A stretch of 64,000 bases of DNA from Lingula anatina (taxonomy: Eukaryota; Animalia; Brachiopoda), in NCBI GenBank assembly GCA_051362555.1, contig CM120644.1, forward strand, positions 11,740,567-11,804,566. Reading direction: 5' to 3'. The notes below the pieces were generated by a model, which saw nothing but the letters and a program-made list of their open reading frames with translations, did no database searches and had not been told where the DNA came from. Positions within the stretch are counted from its first letter, which is position 1; every line of letters begins with the position of its first letter. Below, piece by piece: positions 37,436-50,998 of the stretch. Made by a program: the position numbers and the translations under genes.

Positions 37436-39510
37436 ATGAAGATAGATATCCACAACCACATTCTTCCAGAAACCTGGCCAGATCTAAAGGAGGTATTGTA
37501 TCAATTATTTTGTATGCCAATTTTTTTTTTCTATATCTTTTTTTTTTTTTTTTTTTTGTCATGTCATAAAAGTCAAAATGATAACTGTATTCCTCCTCAC
37601 AAATCTTTTTGATAACTATGTAAAATGCTGTGAAATGTTGGTTATTAATAGGGAAGGCTTGATAAGGCATTATGTACATGATCTGCATGGTAGGTAGCTA
37701 TATAAAAATGTAAGATGAAAATATTTTAGTTTTAAAAAATGAAAATATTTAGTAGTAACCATAGAAATACACAGTGTATATTACAAATTTAAAAAAAAAA
37801 TGTTAAAACTCTGGTTCATAGGATCTCCATGCTTAAGTATAATAATTGCCTCTTTTACAGTTTTAGTAAATACAAGTGTAACAAATTTGCAATTCTTACT
37901 CCCTTGCGCTTTTTTATTTTATTATAATTATTTTTTTTAAAGGTGAAAAACACATTTCTTGCCGTTTTTAAAGTTTCTGTTTTTTATAGTTATTGTAAAT
38001 ATAATCAGTTTTACTGATTATACTTACAATAATTCAGTATGGTTGTTTGACTTACTAGTATTAAAAAAAATTCAGAGATATGGCTATGGAGGATGGGTAT
38101 CTTTGGAGGGCCATTGTGCTGGAAAGGCCAATATGATAAAAGATGGGAAATTATTCCGTGTGGTCGACCAAAACTGCTGGGACCCTGTGACAAGAATAAA
38201 AGATATGGACAGTACAGGTGAATGTGGTTAATTGGGGTGTTTGGGTGGGGTGGGGGTTTCTATGGTAAAATAAGATGTTTATAAGTTTTAATACACATGA
38301 ATTTGGGGTCAAATGACTAATTATATTGTATAACATCATCTTACATCTTACTTTAAAGTGTTAGATAAATAGCTTATTGTTGTTTTACAAGATTTTTTTT
38401 AGTATCTGCTAGCTGGTTGCAGCCATTTTACATCTTGCATTATTTGTGAGTTATTCTGGTATAAGTTATTCTGGTATAATATTTAAACTGTACTTATATT
38501 GACTATGATTTCTAGGGGTAGCAGTGCAAGCTTTGTCCACTGTGCCTGTCATGTTCAATTACTGGGTGAGTGTTGGAAAAAATTACTGTACTAAAACAGT
38601 ATTTTTTTTTTTTAATTATGATTGATATTTTTCTTAAATTTTAAGATATTAAATGACAATAGATGTGAAGATTACCTTTTTAATCTCTCTCCCTTTTGGT
38701 TGATTTTGTTTAAAAAAATAGCTGTGCAAATTAATGAAATGTAGGTACATGCATCTGTTGCAGCAGTGGGCAGTAAAATGGCAAATTATATTTCATACCC
38801 TCCCATCCATTTTTGATATCCTGGATCAATTCACAAAGTGAATAAATGAATTCTTTGTTTTTCTATTATCCTTTGTAGATCTTCACCACCTATAACTTAT
38901 TAATTTGAATTTTTCATTTCTCCCACAGGCCAAGCCAGAGGACACACTAGATCTCAGTAAAATATTGAATGACAACCTGGCCACCACCATTAATAAACAC
39001 CCAGATAGATTTGTTGGTTTGGGTACACTCCCCATGCAGGCGCCAGAGTTAGCAGTACAAGAACTGAAACGGTGCAAGCATGAACTAGGTATGGCCAAGA
39101 ATTTCATCAGCATTGGCAGATCTGCAGGTTATGTTTGACTTTAGAAGACCCCCCTTATGTCTCTAGCTTTCTTTTCCCTTCCACAAGTATATAACATTAT
39201 ATAACAATGTGTCCAGAACAGAAAAAAACCTGTAGGCTATATATGTCCTCCCTGTGGCACGTTCTATTTATAATTGTAGTAAAATTCCACACAGATTATT
39301 GTTTAAAACCCTTAAGTTCACTTTTAAATTTGCGAAGCCCAATAAATGCACATGTGCTTCAGGCCCTATTACCTTATATACATCACTTTAAACAACTATT
39401 AATTAATTGATGATTCACATGTTTAAATTGAATGTTTTTTGAAGTATATACATGTACTGTAATATAATGAGCTGTAATAAATTTTCACTTATGGACACAG
39501 AATTGAAAGA

Positions 39511-39544
<34 letters not shown>

Positions 39545-40460
39545 TCTTCCAGGTTTTCCAGGAATACAGATAGGGTCTCATGTCAATGACTGGAACTTGG
39601 ATGCTCCAGAGTTACGGCCAGTATTCAGAGTGAGTGGTGACAGTGGTGTCAGTGCTGTCAGTGGTGCACCTGTACACAGGTATGGTGTCAGTGGTGCACC
39701 TGTCCACAGGCGTGTTGTCAGTGGTGCACCTGCACACAGAAATGGTGCCAGTGGTGCACCTGCAAACAGAAATGGTGCCAGTGGTGCATCTGTTCACAGG
39801 TATATTGGGTTCATGTATTTAGTATTGCAGGAGAGACACTGATTCTGGCCAGGGGTACCACTTGAGCGGCACACCACTTACAGTTTAAATATTATACAAT
39901 TATTGACTATGGGTGAGGTCAAATATTATTGACCTAAAGCTGGGAGAATTGACTGATGCTGAAGGTGTCAGTATTTCTGTAATGCTTGCATGGGTATGCT
40001 ATTTTTATAGGCTTTTTGTACAAACCTTTGCAAAGTTAATAGCTAAAGCGTCAGGTTAAATGCAATTTTTTTGGTTAACTGAATAGGAATAAACTTATGT
40101 ACTTGTAATGGCAATTGAGAATAATTGCAATTACTATATCACTAATATATATATTATGTATATTTTTATGCATGAATAATTTGAATTTTTTATTATTTTT
40201 TTCTTAGGCTGCAGAAGAAAATGATGTGTCTATATTTGTTCACCCTTGGGACATGCACCTTGACGGAAGGATGTCTAAGTACTGGCTGCCGTGGCTAGTA
40301 GGTATGTTGTTATTGCATACAGACTTGCACTTTGACACATGTATGATGTACATGGATGTACGCACATGTGGATACAGGCAACTCACATAATGCTCACGCT
40401 GACAAACACACACACACACAGGCAGACAGCAATTCTCGCACATGTACACACTGCCATTTG

Positions 40461-40491
<31 letters not shown>

Positions 40492-42816
40492 GCATTTATA
40501 AATACCTGTGTGCAAACACATGCACACAGACACATGAACTTGTACATGTGCATTGCATTCACACTATATACTGGTGTAGCACACATGGATGACTTTCCAC
40601 TTTTACAGTACTTTGGTAACTTGTATCAGGGGCGGATCCAGAGATATTTTCTGACAGTCTTCCAAATTATCTTTGTTGATCCATCTTCCACTTTTGACCG
40701 TCTTCCGACAGAAAACATTAGATGGCTGACAATGTAAACTTGAAAATCTGACCGTCTTCCAGAAGACCCAGAAGACGGCCTAAATCCGCCCCTGCGTATT
40801 ATCTTTCTTCTCATAACATGTCACAGGTATGCCAGCAGAGACCACCACCGCCATATGTGCTATGATATTTGGAGGGGTGTTGGAGAGATTTCCAAAACTT
40901 AAAGTCTGTTTTGCACATGGAGGTGAATAATGTTTATAATTATATTAATTTATTTTAGAACCCAGTTTCTAATGGTTTATACTTGAAATCCATTGTACTT
41001 GGATGCATAATTATGCAAGTTTTGACTGCGGCTAAACATTTTTTTGAGAAAATGGAATGAATACTATTAATATAAGTCACTGTTTGTTTTTGATATATCG
41101 GTACATGTTCTATAGAGATTTATTAGAAAATTAATGCTTTTCAAAATGCATGCTGTCATGTTTGATTACTTCCCTGTCATATCAATATACAATGTCTGAT
41201 GTGTACACAAGTTTAAAAGGGATATCATAATTTAAAATTGCAGGAGGTGCATTTCCATACACAATTGGCCGTATAGAGCATGGCTTCAATGTACGACCAG
41301 ATCTGTGTGCTACTGAGAACAGCGTCAACCCCAGAAAATATCTGGGGCAGATCTACACAGACTCCCTGTGCCATGATCCCTTGGCCTTGAAACTCTTGGT
41401 GGATGTCATGGGCAAAGTAAGTAGGTCACAGGTCATGACCCCTTGGCCTTGAAACTATTGATGGATGTCATGGGCAAAGTAAGTAGGTCAAAGGTCATGA
41501 CCCTTTGCCTTGGGATAATTGTGGGTGTCATTGGCAAAGTATAATAAATATAGGTCACAGGTCATGATCCCTTGGCAAAATACGTTATGGATGTCACTGT
41601 CATCAAAACTAATGTCACAATATTTTATTGAATGGGACTTGTACTAGTACCAGTGCTAACTTATCTTTGGTCATAATAAATTAAAAATTTTCGACTGTCA
41701 AATAGTTTTGATGTCATTTGGGTCTGATGTTCCTTTGGTGAAACATCTTTTATCAATTGTATTCTTCATTTATCTCAAGGGAGAAATTATGGAGAAACAA
41801 TAATCAATAAAACTCCTTAATTCTTTGTTTAGGATCGAGTTATCCTGGGCAGTGACTACCCATTTCCACTTGGTGAGCATCATCCTGGCAAACTCATTGA
41901 ATCCATGGAGGACTTTGAAGATGATCTCAAGGTTAGTGATTGGGTCACTGAGGGAGTGACCAGTGGTCCAGAGAGTGACCAGTGGTCCAGAGAGTGACCA
42001 GTGCTTAAGTGCTTGGCAAAATGAAAAAAAGTTGGCCAGCATGCTGATCTGAAACACTCCTGCTCACATAATCATCGTGCGCCCAATGAGTTTTCTGACC
42101 TGGGTTTCTGCAGGTGGCAGACATCTCTATCTCATAACCTCTATTCTGTCCAGCATCCTCCATCTCTGCTGAGGATGGTGGCGTTTGTTTTTTAAGAGGG
42201 CTCCCATGATATCAATGAGCATGGTGTCCTCTTGTCTCAGTACAAGTCTTTACATGCAAGGTACACGTTGGATACTCAGTTTGTACTGCACAAATATACA
42301 AAAGGCCTCGATCCACTCTGTGTTTCCAAATTTCAAGACTATAAATTTCCACATCCTGGCAGAACTGTCTGTCTTCCATTACACCATGTTATTTACAATT
42401 GCATTTTAAGACCTTGTTATGAACATTTGCATCAGTTTTTAAAAAGTAATTTCATTCAAGGTACAATACGTAGCAACTACTAACACTTATGCGTGCACAC
42501 AAAAGAATATTTTAAAAAAGGCTTAATTGATTGAAATATTTTTGAAATAAAAAACTTTAAAAAAATTATATATATATATATATATTTGAAATTGTTATCT
42601 TATCACTCACTATGTGTGTGCTGAGGCAACTGCAATCACAAGAATCTGGCTCATTCTGAGCATTAATGATATTGTATAATTTTATATTGTTGATGAAACA
42701 AAAAGCGTAATTTACTAGGCTTGATGTCTGGTTTTCAGGACAAGCTGCTGGCGGGGAATGCTTGTGAATTTCTGGGACTTGATCGAGCCAAATATGATCC
42801 TGCCCTAAGACTCTAA
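37436..42816 (+). CDS. ACMSD: 2-amino-3-carboxymuconate-6-semialdehyde decarboxylase, 10 coding exons
   Basis: Exons 37436-37492, 38076-38217, 38516-38565, 38929-39088, 39553-39629, 40208-40301, 40827-40922, 41244-41416, 41833-41931, 42739-42816. Motifs [62 protein letters not shown]. Confidence 0.95.
39640..39800. repeat. 30-bp minisatellite (~5 units)
   Basis: gtggtgcacctgtacacaggtatggtgtca-type units at a 30-bp period, directly after the ACMSD exon-5 donor. Confidence 0.9.
40627..40794. mobile_element. 168-bp MITE with hAT-like termini and apparent 5-bp TSD
   Basis: TIR caggggcggat / atccgcccctg; flanks tgtat / cgtat (4 of 5 match). Near-identical copy at 59192-59359. Confidence 0.8.
41372..41600. 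repeat. ~62-bp tandem repeat derived from the ACMSD exon-8 end plus splice donor
   Basis: catgatcccttggccttgaaactcttggtggatgtcatgggcaaagtaagtaggtcacaggt repeated about 3.5 times with progressive decay. Confidence 0.9.
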
Positions 42817-43258
42817 ACTCTATTAACTGTATGTAAAAACCCAAGCCTGTAGACTTGAGGGAATTTTTAAGTGTTTTACATATGGGACCAAACTGTAAGA
42901 CTGCAGTGAGTGCAGCATATACCTGATGGGTATTTATAGCAAAGTACCACCGAATTGAAGCTATAAGAATTTGCATGGAACAAACTATTTAAAGGGAAAT
43001 GTCTTTGTATTGAACAGAACTGCATTTAAAGCCATATACTAGAACTTGTATAAATCTACTTCCAGACTCATTGAATGAGAACAAAAAAACTATAGTTAAA
43101 ACCTACCAGGTATCACCTACGACTTATTTATATCAATTATATGCTGTAAGACTTTTAGTACACAGTACAATAAATTGTATTCATAAGAAATTGATGTGAG
43201 TAATGTACAGGTACATGCAATGTCCTGGCCAATAATAAACCACCTAGCAGTCGGTAAT

Positions 43259-43468
43259 ACCCCCTTTACACTGGACGGCGTCCTTTCTGCGACCATGAAA
43301 TTTGGCATCGCTGTGGTCTTAATAAGGAGGCACGAGCATTGATTTGGTATCAGAATGAATGCTCAATGATCGACCAGTTGTCGGCACGTAAAGTATTATA
43401 ATTCTTTAACTCTCAAATGGGGCCGAACTGCTGGACGTAGAAGGGACGCCGTCCAGTGTAAAGGGGGC
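43259..43468. mobile_element. MITE, PIF/Harbinger-like
   Basis: TIR ccccctttacactggacggcgtcc / ggacgccgtccagtgtaaaggggg followed by tta. Same family as 3960-4072. Confidence 0.75.
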
Positions 43469-44149
43469 TTAAGTAACAACATCTGCTCACATCAGTATGA
43501 TGAAGGCCTACAGTACGTTCAGGTTGGCCGTAAAATGGAAGTATTTCAGTTTCGGTTCGTTTATGATAATTATCATATATCATGTTTTCTTAACGTTTGC
43601 ATTTATTATTTTATATTAATTATTTTTATTTTAACACTCTTACATGTGATAAATGTTAATAAGATACGTAAGAGCCAGTGCGATATAATTGTTAACCAGA
43701 AAACACTGCCACAACGCAGACCTCCACCAAGAAAAAGAGGCAGTACAATTTGAAGAAATAATATTTTAAATATATGTTTAGTTGATGCGGATTCATTTAA
43801 AATTGCAGTTGATTCTTCCCTTTCTGAATAACTGCTAACCCAGATAATCCCTTCAGTATTTGTAAAATTTGCTTTGAGATATCTTGCCCATTTAGAAGCA
43901 GACAAACGCCCACAGAGAGGCGAGGAATTTTGTTGGCTGTGGAAAAAAAATAAGCTAAAAAAACGGTCAGTACTGGAGTAATTGTAAGGTCTTGCTTGAC
44001 TTGCATTTCGTAACAAAGACAGGGGTGTACGCTATTCGGCACCTGTGATATATATCAGTCAAATATAAAGCGTATGTGTGGCAAGCAACGTGTTCCCGTT
44101 GATTACGTGAAATCCCACAGGGTGAGACAAAATAATTTTGCAACATTGA

Positions 44150-46637
44150 TCAGGTCCTTGGTCTGGCACACACCCTGAACTTTGGGGGCATGTACACCAA
44201 TCCTGTGGTGCCAACAAGATCCGGCATCACCTCCCCCTCAGGCACGTGGAACTTGAATGCCTGAACTAAGGCAGTGAGGACGAGGAACATTTTGTGGCGA
44301 GCCAAGATTTCTCCTGGACAGGAGCGTTTTTCTTGAAAAGAAATATACTGATTCTGTACTATATCGTATAACTTCCTGTGTGTTTTTCTTGTCAGACCCG
44401 ACCCCGTAAAGGCCAACTTTACGTTAAATGAAAGCAATATACAACGTGAGAACCCCTTTTTAAAACTGTTTGAGATGCAGTATTTTTTCCGTTCTCATTG
44501 AAAATAATGCACCCTGAAAGTAACAATGACAATTTTTATTAGTTATTGACGACAGAGAATGGGTTTTGTTTAAAGGGATATTAACTCTATATTTCACAAA
44601 AAAAAAACATTGTGATTAACTCATACAAATATAATATATTCTGTTTTACCACAAAAACGGCAGTCATAGCTATTATTCTGATATCTGAGCTTGTCTTCAG
44701 ACCACGTGACCTCCATTGATGGCTATACTCTGTCATAATCTCTTAAGAGATTTTAACAAAAAAAAAACAAATTTTATAGAAAAAAAACAGGGACTAACTT
44801 TGAATGTAAAAATGGATTCATAAACCATTGGTAACTTAAGTATGGGAAAATTGTTGTTTACTCCAGAAAAAATTCATTTTTTGGCCAAAACGAAGAGTTA
44901 TTATCCCTTTAAGCGCCTACTTGTAAAATGGGGTCCCAAATTGATTGCTATTGAAAGAGGAAAAGTAAATTAAATGAAAAACACGGTTTAGTTGAAACAT
45001 CTTGCCAGCTTTTTTTATAGAAAAAGTTCTTGTTTTGATAAATCGTTACCTAGGGAAAATGGGATAAACGCCTCAACTTTTTTCAATCCTCCCTCATCAT
45101 TCAAAAATCTCGCTGGTTGAAATGCACGTGGGTTGGGCCAGATTTCATCGTTCATCAACACAGACCAAAGGTTTGCCAAGATGCGTGTCCCTTTGGGGAT
45201 GACATATCCATTGATACTGGTGTCCTTCGTCGCTATGCGCAGCACGGCAAACGGCGAAATGTAATTACAGCGCTGTATCTCCATCAGGGTGGCGCCAAAG
45301 TAGGGGAGGTTCGGTTTGTCGGCAAGACTGGGGCGGCGGGTTTTACCTACGATTTTGTCCAGTTCTGCTTGAATCATGCCGCAGACTTCAGGGTGGGATA
45401 ACAGATACAACATCCCCCATGTTAAGGCCGACGATGTCGTTTCAGCCCCGGCGAGGTAAATCGACTGGCAATTTGCAAGAAGGTCATCGGCATGCATTGG
45501 TACTTCTAAGTCGTTCTCTTTGTGTTTTGTTTGGTGCAGGAAAGCATCGACCAGACTTCTCGTGGCGGTTGCATCATACCCCTTCTTGTGCTGATCCAGT
45601 AGCCGTTTGGAGTAGGTTGCAAATGCGTGCCATGCGTCCCTCTCTTTGCGGCACTGCGGTAAAAACGAAAAGAACGGCAGAAAATTCTGAACCGAAACTT
45701 GAGAGTTGACTGCAAATGCCATGTTATACGAATCGATCAGCTTGTTGAAATCTGGGTCGTCGTAGTCCCTTCTGTTCCCAAACAATATGGTACCTATGAT
45801 GTTTGATGTCGTGGCGCTTATGACAGTACGAAAGTCGAACGGTTCGCCATTTGTAGCTCGGATCCGCTGCAGGAGAGCATCGATTTCATCCTTTATTTGT
45901 TCCTCGATATTAGCTTTTGCCAGGTATTTCAATATAAATTCTCGCTGTGCAATCTGGTTCTTTCCATAATCGGCGCATAATAAACCTGGAAGATAGTTCA
46001 CGAATTATTCACGGGTATGTGTATTATATTATATCTGAGCAACGGAAAAAATTATTATTTATTTTTTTTTACAGTATCATCACGTGTAAAATGTACGTTG
46101 AAAATCACTATAGAAGTTAAAACGGTCTTCGCGTTGAAGCTTTATACATGTAAACTAGGTTTCTGCCAGTTGAATTCTTAGGTCGACCACTGTGTTGTAC
46201 AAGTTAAGTTGCTAGTAGCACACTAGTCACTATCACATCCACCCCCAACCTCTAGGCCTAGATACATGTATTAACGTACCTTTCCCATCGAGGAAATCAA
46301 AAGTCGGCATAGGCGGTCTACCTGACGTCAACGCCCCCTTTCTCTGAAACGCTTCCCGGATAGTCTCATAACCGCTCAATATAACGGTTGTCGTTGTTCC
46401 CATTTTGACGCTGAATACGCTACCATACTTTTTAGCCCAATTCATCAGGGTAACCTGAGGATGTTTTGCGAGAAAAGGTAGAACTCCAACCAGTGGGAGC
46501 CCCCATGGACCTGGAGGGGGGCTTAGACTGTGGCGCTGCCTCGTGAGGCTAAGGAATAAAATTGCCAAGACTACGCACAATATAAGAGGCATATATTGAA
46601 GTGCATCGTAGACCGCTGTGACATTGACTACGGCCAT
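44150..46637 (-). CDS. Cytochrome P450, clan 2 (CYP2-like), 3 exons, 491 aa
   Basis: Exons 46637-46280, 45985-45050, 44331-44150. N-terminal anchor plus PPPGPWGLPLVG, I-helix AGAETT, K-helix EIQR, FQPARF. The spliced heme loop reads PFSLEKRSCPG. Confidence 0.88.
44574..44908. mobile_element. Non-autonomous DNA transposon, Kolobok-like
   Basis: TTAA TSD (44570-44573, 44909-44912); TIR agggatattaactct / agagttattatccct. Lies in CYP intron 2. Confidence 0.75.
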
Positions 46638-47391
46638 GTTAACCTTTCCTGACGCGTCGACTGCAAGGAGTATTTGACCTATAACGACAACTAAATTGTT
46701 ACATTACGTCTTTCATTTTTTACAAGAGTGTCCTTTACTATGCAAAACGATTAAGGGAGCGTGACCAGGCTATTTTGAGCAACACCCCACATTAAGCACG
46801 CTAGCTCCGCCTGTAGAGACCGGGCATTTCAGCGTTAGTTTAAATTTAAGTTGAACATTATGGAGGCTGATGTGTCGGGTAAACACTCTGGTACATAGTT
46901 CTTCAATCTAGTAGAATTATTATATTATGTTTCTTTCCAAGGAAAACGCTCTTGCCCAGGGAAAAATCATAGCTCGCCAGGAAATGTTCCTCACCCTCAC
47001 TGCTTTAAGGGGGGGGGGGGGGGGGGGACCACAGAACTGGTGTACGCTTTTCCTAAGTTCCGGGTGGGCGCCAGACCAAGGGCCTGATCAATGACTGGCA
47101 ATGGACTATTGGCAATTGAGAGTACAGGAAAAGGTCATAATTTGGAAATCTGCGTTTTTACCCCTCAGTGCTCATTAAAAAAAAAAACTCCGAGCTCAGT
47201 CTGAGCCGTCTGATGCCGAACCGTTCTATTGAGTAACGTCAGGCCCACTATTAGTGACAATCCTGTTAAGATCAGTACCATGAAAGTAAAGTTGTCTTGC
47301 AGACTTGTTCCCACTGGTGCATTCGGATTTTTTTAATGTGTATATCCTGCATAACATGATGACCGCAACAATATTTGGCTGTATATACGTA

Positions 47392-47615
47392 CACACAATG
47401 GACAATAGAAGTGTCACCCCTACTGAACCAATACTTTGGGGGAGCTAAATAACTGTGGAATGATATGCTCCTGGTATCATTTTATTAACATCAAATTTCA
47501 CATAAAAACACAAAATGTAGACCAGGCATTATAACTATTCAAGATCTGATTGATTACTTGATTATTATTTGATTACTCTGATTCAGGGGGTGACACTTCT
47601 ATTGTCCATTGTGTG
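47392..47615. mobile_element. MITE with TA target-site duplication
   Basis: ~30-bp TIR cacacaatggacaatagaagtgtcacccc / ggggtgacacttctattgtccattgtgtg, flanked by TA on both sides. Confidence 0.8.
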
Positions 47616-47963
47616 TATAAAGAGAGAAACCAAAGAGAGTACCACGAATGCACAAATACTTGCATAGCGTGTGTACTATCTGCACCGATGTTGCTATAGC
47701 TTGTTTCCAACATTCGTCTAAACAAATTATACCTTAGAAATCGGATTCTTTTATTGGAAGGGTTTTATCGTATTTAAGGTAAAAATAAGAAAGGATAAGA
47801 AACTTTTCAGGATATATACATGCATAAATATGACTTTGTGAAATTTTAAAACGGGTACATTTAAAAGAACTTCTAAATACAAAACCTTGCAACATACATA
47901 AAGTCTATTACTTTTCTAAACGAACACATTAACCTTAGATAACAAAACTACTAACTTTTACTA

Positions 47964-49731
47964 TTATAACTGCCTAGATAAAAGAAGCACAAGGAATGTC
48001 AGCATCAAAGTTGTCGTGGCAACCGCATCTCTTGTGGCTCTCCCTATCGGCGGGTTAACAGGCCATTTACAGATCTTTTCAAAATCGCACGCGTCTGCGA
48101 CTTTTCCCACGCTATCCATCAGTATGCTGACGTCGCACAATATGTCACTACATCCGGGTAACAGAGTCTCGCGCTCGTTCACATGGATTTTGAATTTGTG
48201 TGTGTCTGCACATTTGTAGATTACGAAGTTGATATTTGAGGCCATGGAATCAATGTAGCTGGTTCGAAGTTTCCGGTCTGCTCGAGAGTCATAGTTATCA
48301 GAGGTCGGGGCCTGGACATCCTTGAACAGTCCAAGAGCAGAGTAGAACGGCACAATTGTGGCTGAATGAGCAAATCTAAACAGCCCATGAAGAAAGTTAG
48401 ACCCGGTCGTTGCGTTCCTTAATAGATAAGATTGTGTACCATTTATATTCATGTATCCGTTTTCGTATTCGTAGCAGAAATCTAGATATACTACCATGCA
48501 CAAATACAGAAACAAAAACAGAAACTATCACTTAGTTACTTACTTTATCTTGATAAATATGGACATCGTATATGATTTACTAGTTAACCATTATTAATGC
48601 TGTTTCTTTAATTATATTCTTTATCTCAAGTACGTAAATAAATAATTCACAAATACACATACATACATACATACCTGATTGCTCCAATTAAATCCTTCAA
48701 TAACGGACACGTCTGCTCGTAGTTTACTTCATTCCCGTAAGAGTTCTTGTAATAATATTCCAAGTCGACAACGTACTCAAAAGCTTTCAGCTCCTCCTGT
48801 GTAAAAAGTGAGCACCAGGGGGCAGCACTTGAGTTCCGGACGGTTTTGTCTTGGGTAAGCCCATATATGGCGTACTCGCTGGCACATGCTAGCCACAGAG
48901 CCTCGGCAACCGCTGAGAAAGAAAATAATTCCGCCTAAATTCTAATGTAATAATTATATATATAAGCATTTCAGTAAAATTTTAACCAGTATTTATTCGA
49001 AATATTAAATGGAATGTTACCTTTTAAGACCTACTTGTGATAGAATCTGGTATAGTCAACCCACCCATACTGTACATGTACCTTCTGTCCATGTTAAATG
49101 TACTTAAATATATATGTACTCCATGTAGTAAAGATGGACTCGAAAGAGATACGTTTACATTTCAGTAACTGAATGTACAGTATGATATGTCTTCACATAA
49201 ATAATAACAATTATTATTATAAATTTTGCTTATTATAATTAATAAATACTTCGACAAACAGAAAAAAGTTGAATAAATGGCACAATCAATTATAGAATTA
49301 CTAATTCATAAGAATAAGTATATTGATGGATATTAAGAACTAAGATAAAATTCATTGTTATTAGTGAAATCAAATTTAATACTTTAAAGTTTAAACGTTA
49401 TTAATAGTCATTAATTCAAAATATTGGCCAAAGTGAAGTGTGTTAATAAACAGATATTGAGGAAATAAATATAATTGAAGAACAAAGTCACAATTGCTTC
49501 AACCAAACCTTCTAGCGATTGAAAAAAAATGTCTTCACTAACTTTCATTCAAACTTTGATCCAGTCCCAGCCTCATTGATACGTCCCCTCTGGTTTTAGC
49601 CATCACCGAGGCTTTGTAGAATTTCTCTAGTTCTGCAACTGGCTGCTCATCTACGGTCTGTGGGATGAAAATGAAAAGTATACAACTATATACTACATTG
49701 AAAAGTATACAAACACGCTCGCACGCGCGTG

Positions 49732-49800
<69 letters not shown>

Positions 49801-50944
49801 TATTGACTTGTTTACTGACGTATTTATTTCCTTTTTATATCTCTAAGCTCTACTAAAATACTCAGAGCTCGCTGATATTGAAGTTGATATCACACTCGCA
49901 CACAACACTGATTTGTCAAATAGGCCTAAATGATATTTGAAATATTAAAAAGAATCCCACCTTAATGTATTTTTCGCAAACATCGTAGAAACGTAGAAGT
50001 AAGTCCTTTCCTTTTTCTCGGACAACCATCGGTACACGGTCTACCAGTGCATTTAGCTCAGTTTCAGACATTCCTGAAATGTTCAAATCAAAATTGTTTA
50101 CAAATGAATCCATCAGTGGTAAAGAAAAATAGTTTATAAAACATACTTCACCTGGTCATTTATTATTATTATTATTGTTGTTGTTGTTGTTGTGGACATT
50201 CCACCTGGTCACCTGAGGGTGTTTCGTGTTGAACCTCAAATTTTACAAACTTTATTTTGCGTTATTCATTTAAGTACCTGCTTTAAACAATTAAGCCATG
50301 GACATGTCCAAGAATAAACTTTCGCTTTGCACGCCTGCATTTAATCCATTCACTTATCTGGGTGCTTCATTAAATCCTCATTCAGTCTGACCTTGTTTGA
50401 AGTCATTAAATAAATTACCTGGTTGTTTAAGTAGTCCCTTTACAAACGCCTTGGCGCTCATTTTCGTTCTCTCCTTATCGGTGTGGCGAAAGGTGAAATT
50501 CGCCAACAGTGCATCCACTGATACATTCAGTAAAGAGGGATATTTTGCCCGGAAATGGTCAGCTGAAAATATGTTCAGCAAAAACGGTGCATAATTTGGA
50601 TACGCACACGAAAAAAAAAAACGCTGATGTAATTGTGTTATGCAATGTAAGAAATACCGAGTAAGAACTGCAGCATATCCTGTAAGTTCTGTAACTATAT
50701 TTACCTCCGCCAAGGAGGTTGTTTTCACCCCTGTTTGTCTGTCTGTCTGTTTGTCATCAACATAACTCAAAAAGACATTGACCGATTTTGATGAAATTTT
50801 CAGGGTAGGTGGGAAATGGGTTAACTTAGAAGTGAGTAGTTTTTGGTGGTGATCCGGATCAATAATTAATTAATAATCAATAATAATAATCAAAAATCGC
50901 TGCCTTGGCGGAGGTCTGCGCTCTCGGAGTGCTTTATTAGTCTG

Positions 50945-50998
<54 letters not shown>

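Noticed and set aside
39597-39842. CRISPR-like or repeat-protein ORF (SGAPVHR)n
   Set aside because: Head-to-tail 30-bp minisatellite with no unique spacers and no cas genes, inside a eukaryotic intron.
47392-47615. Transib/RAG-like element because of the CACAATG near the termini
   Set aside because: No 5-bp TSD at those ends; the inverted repeat extends further and is bounded by TA.
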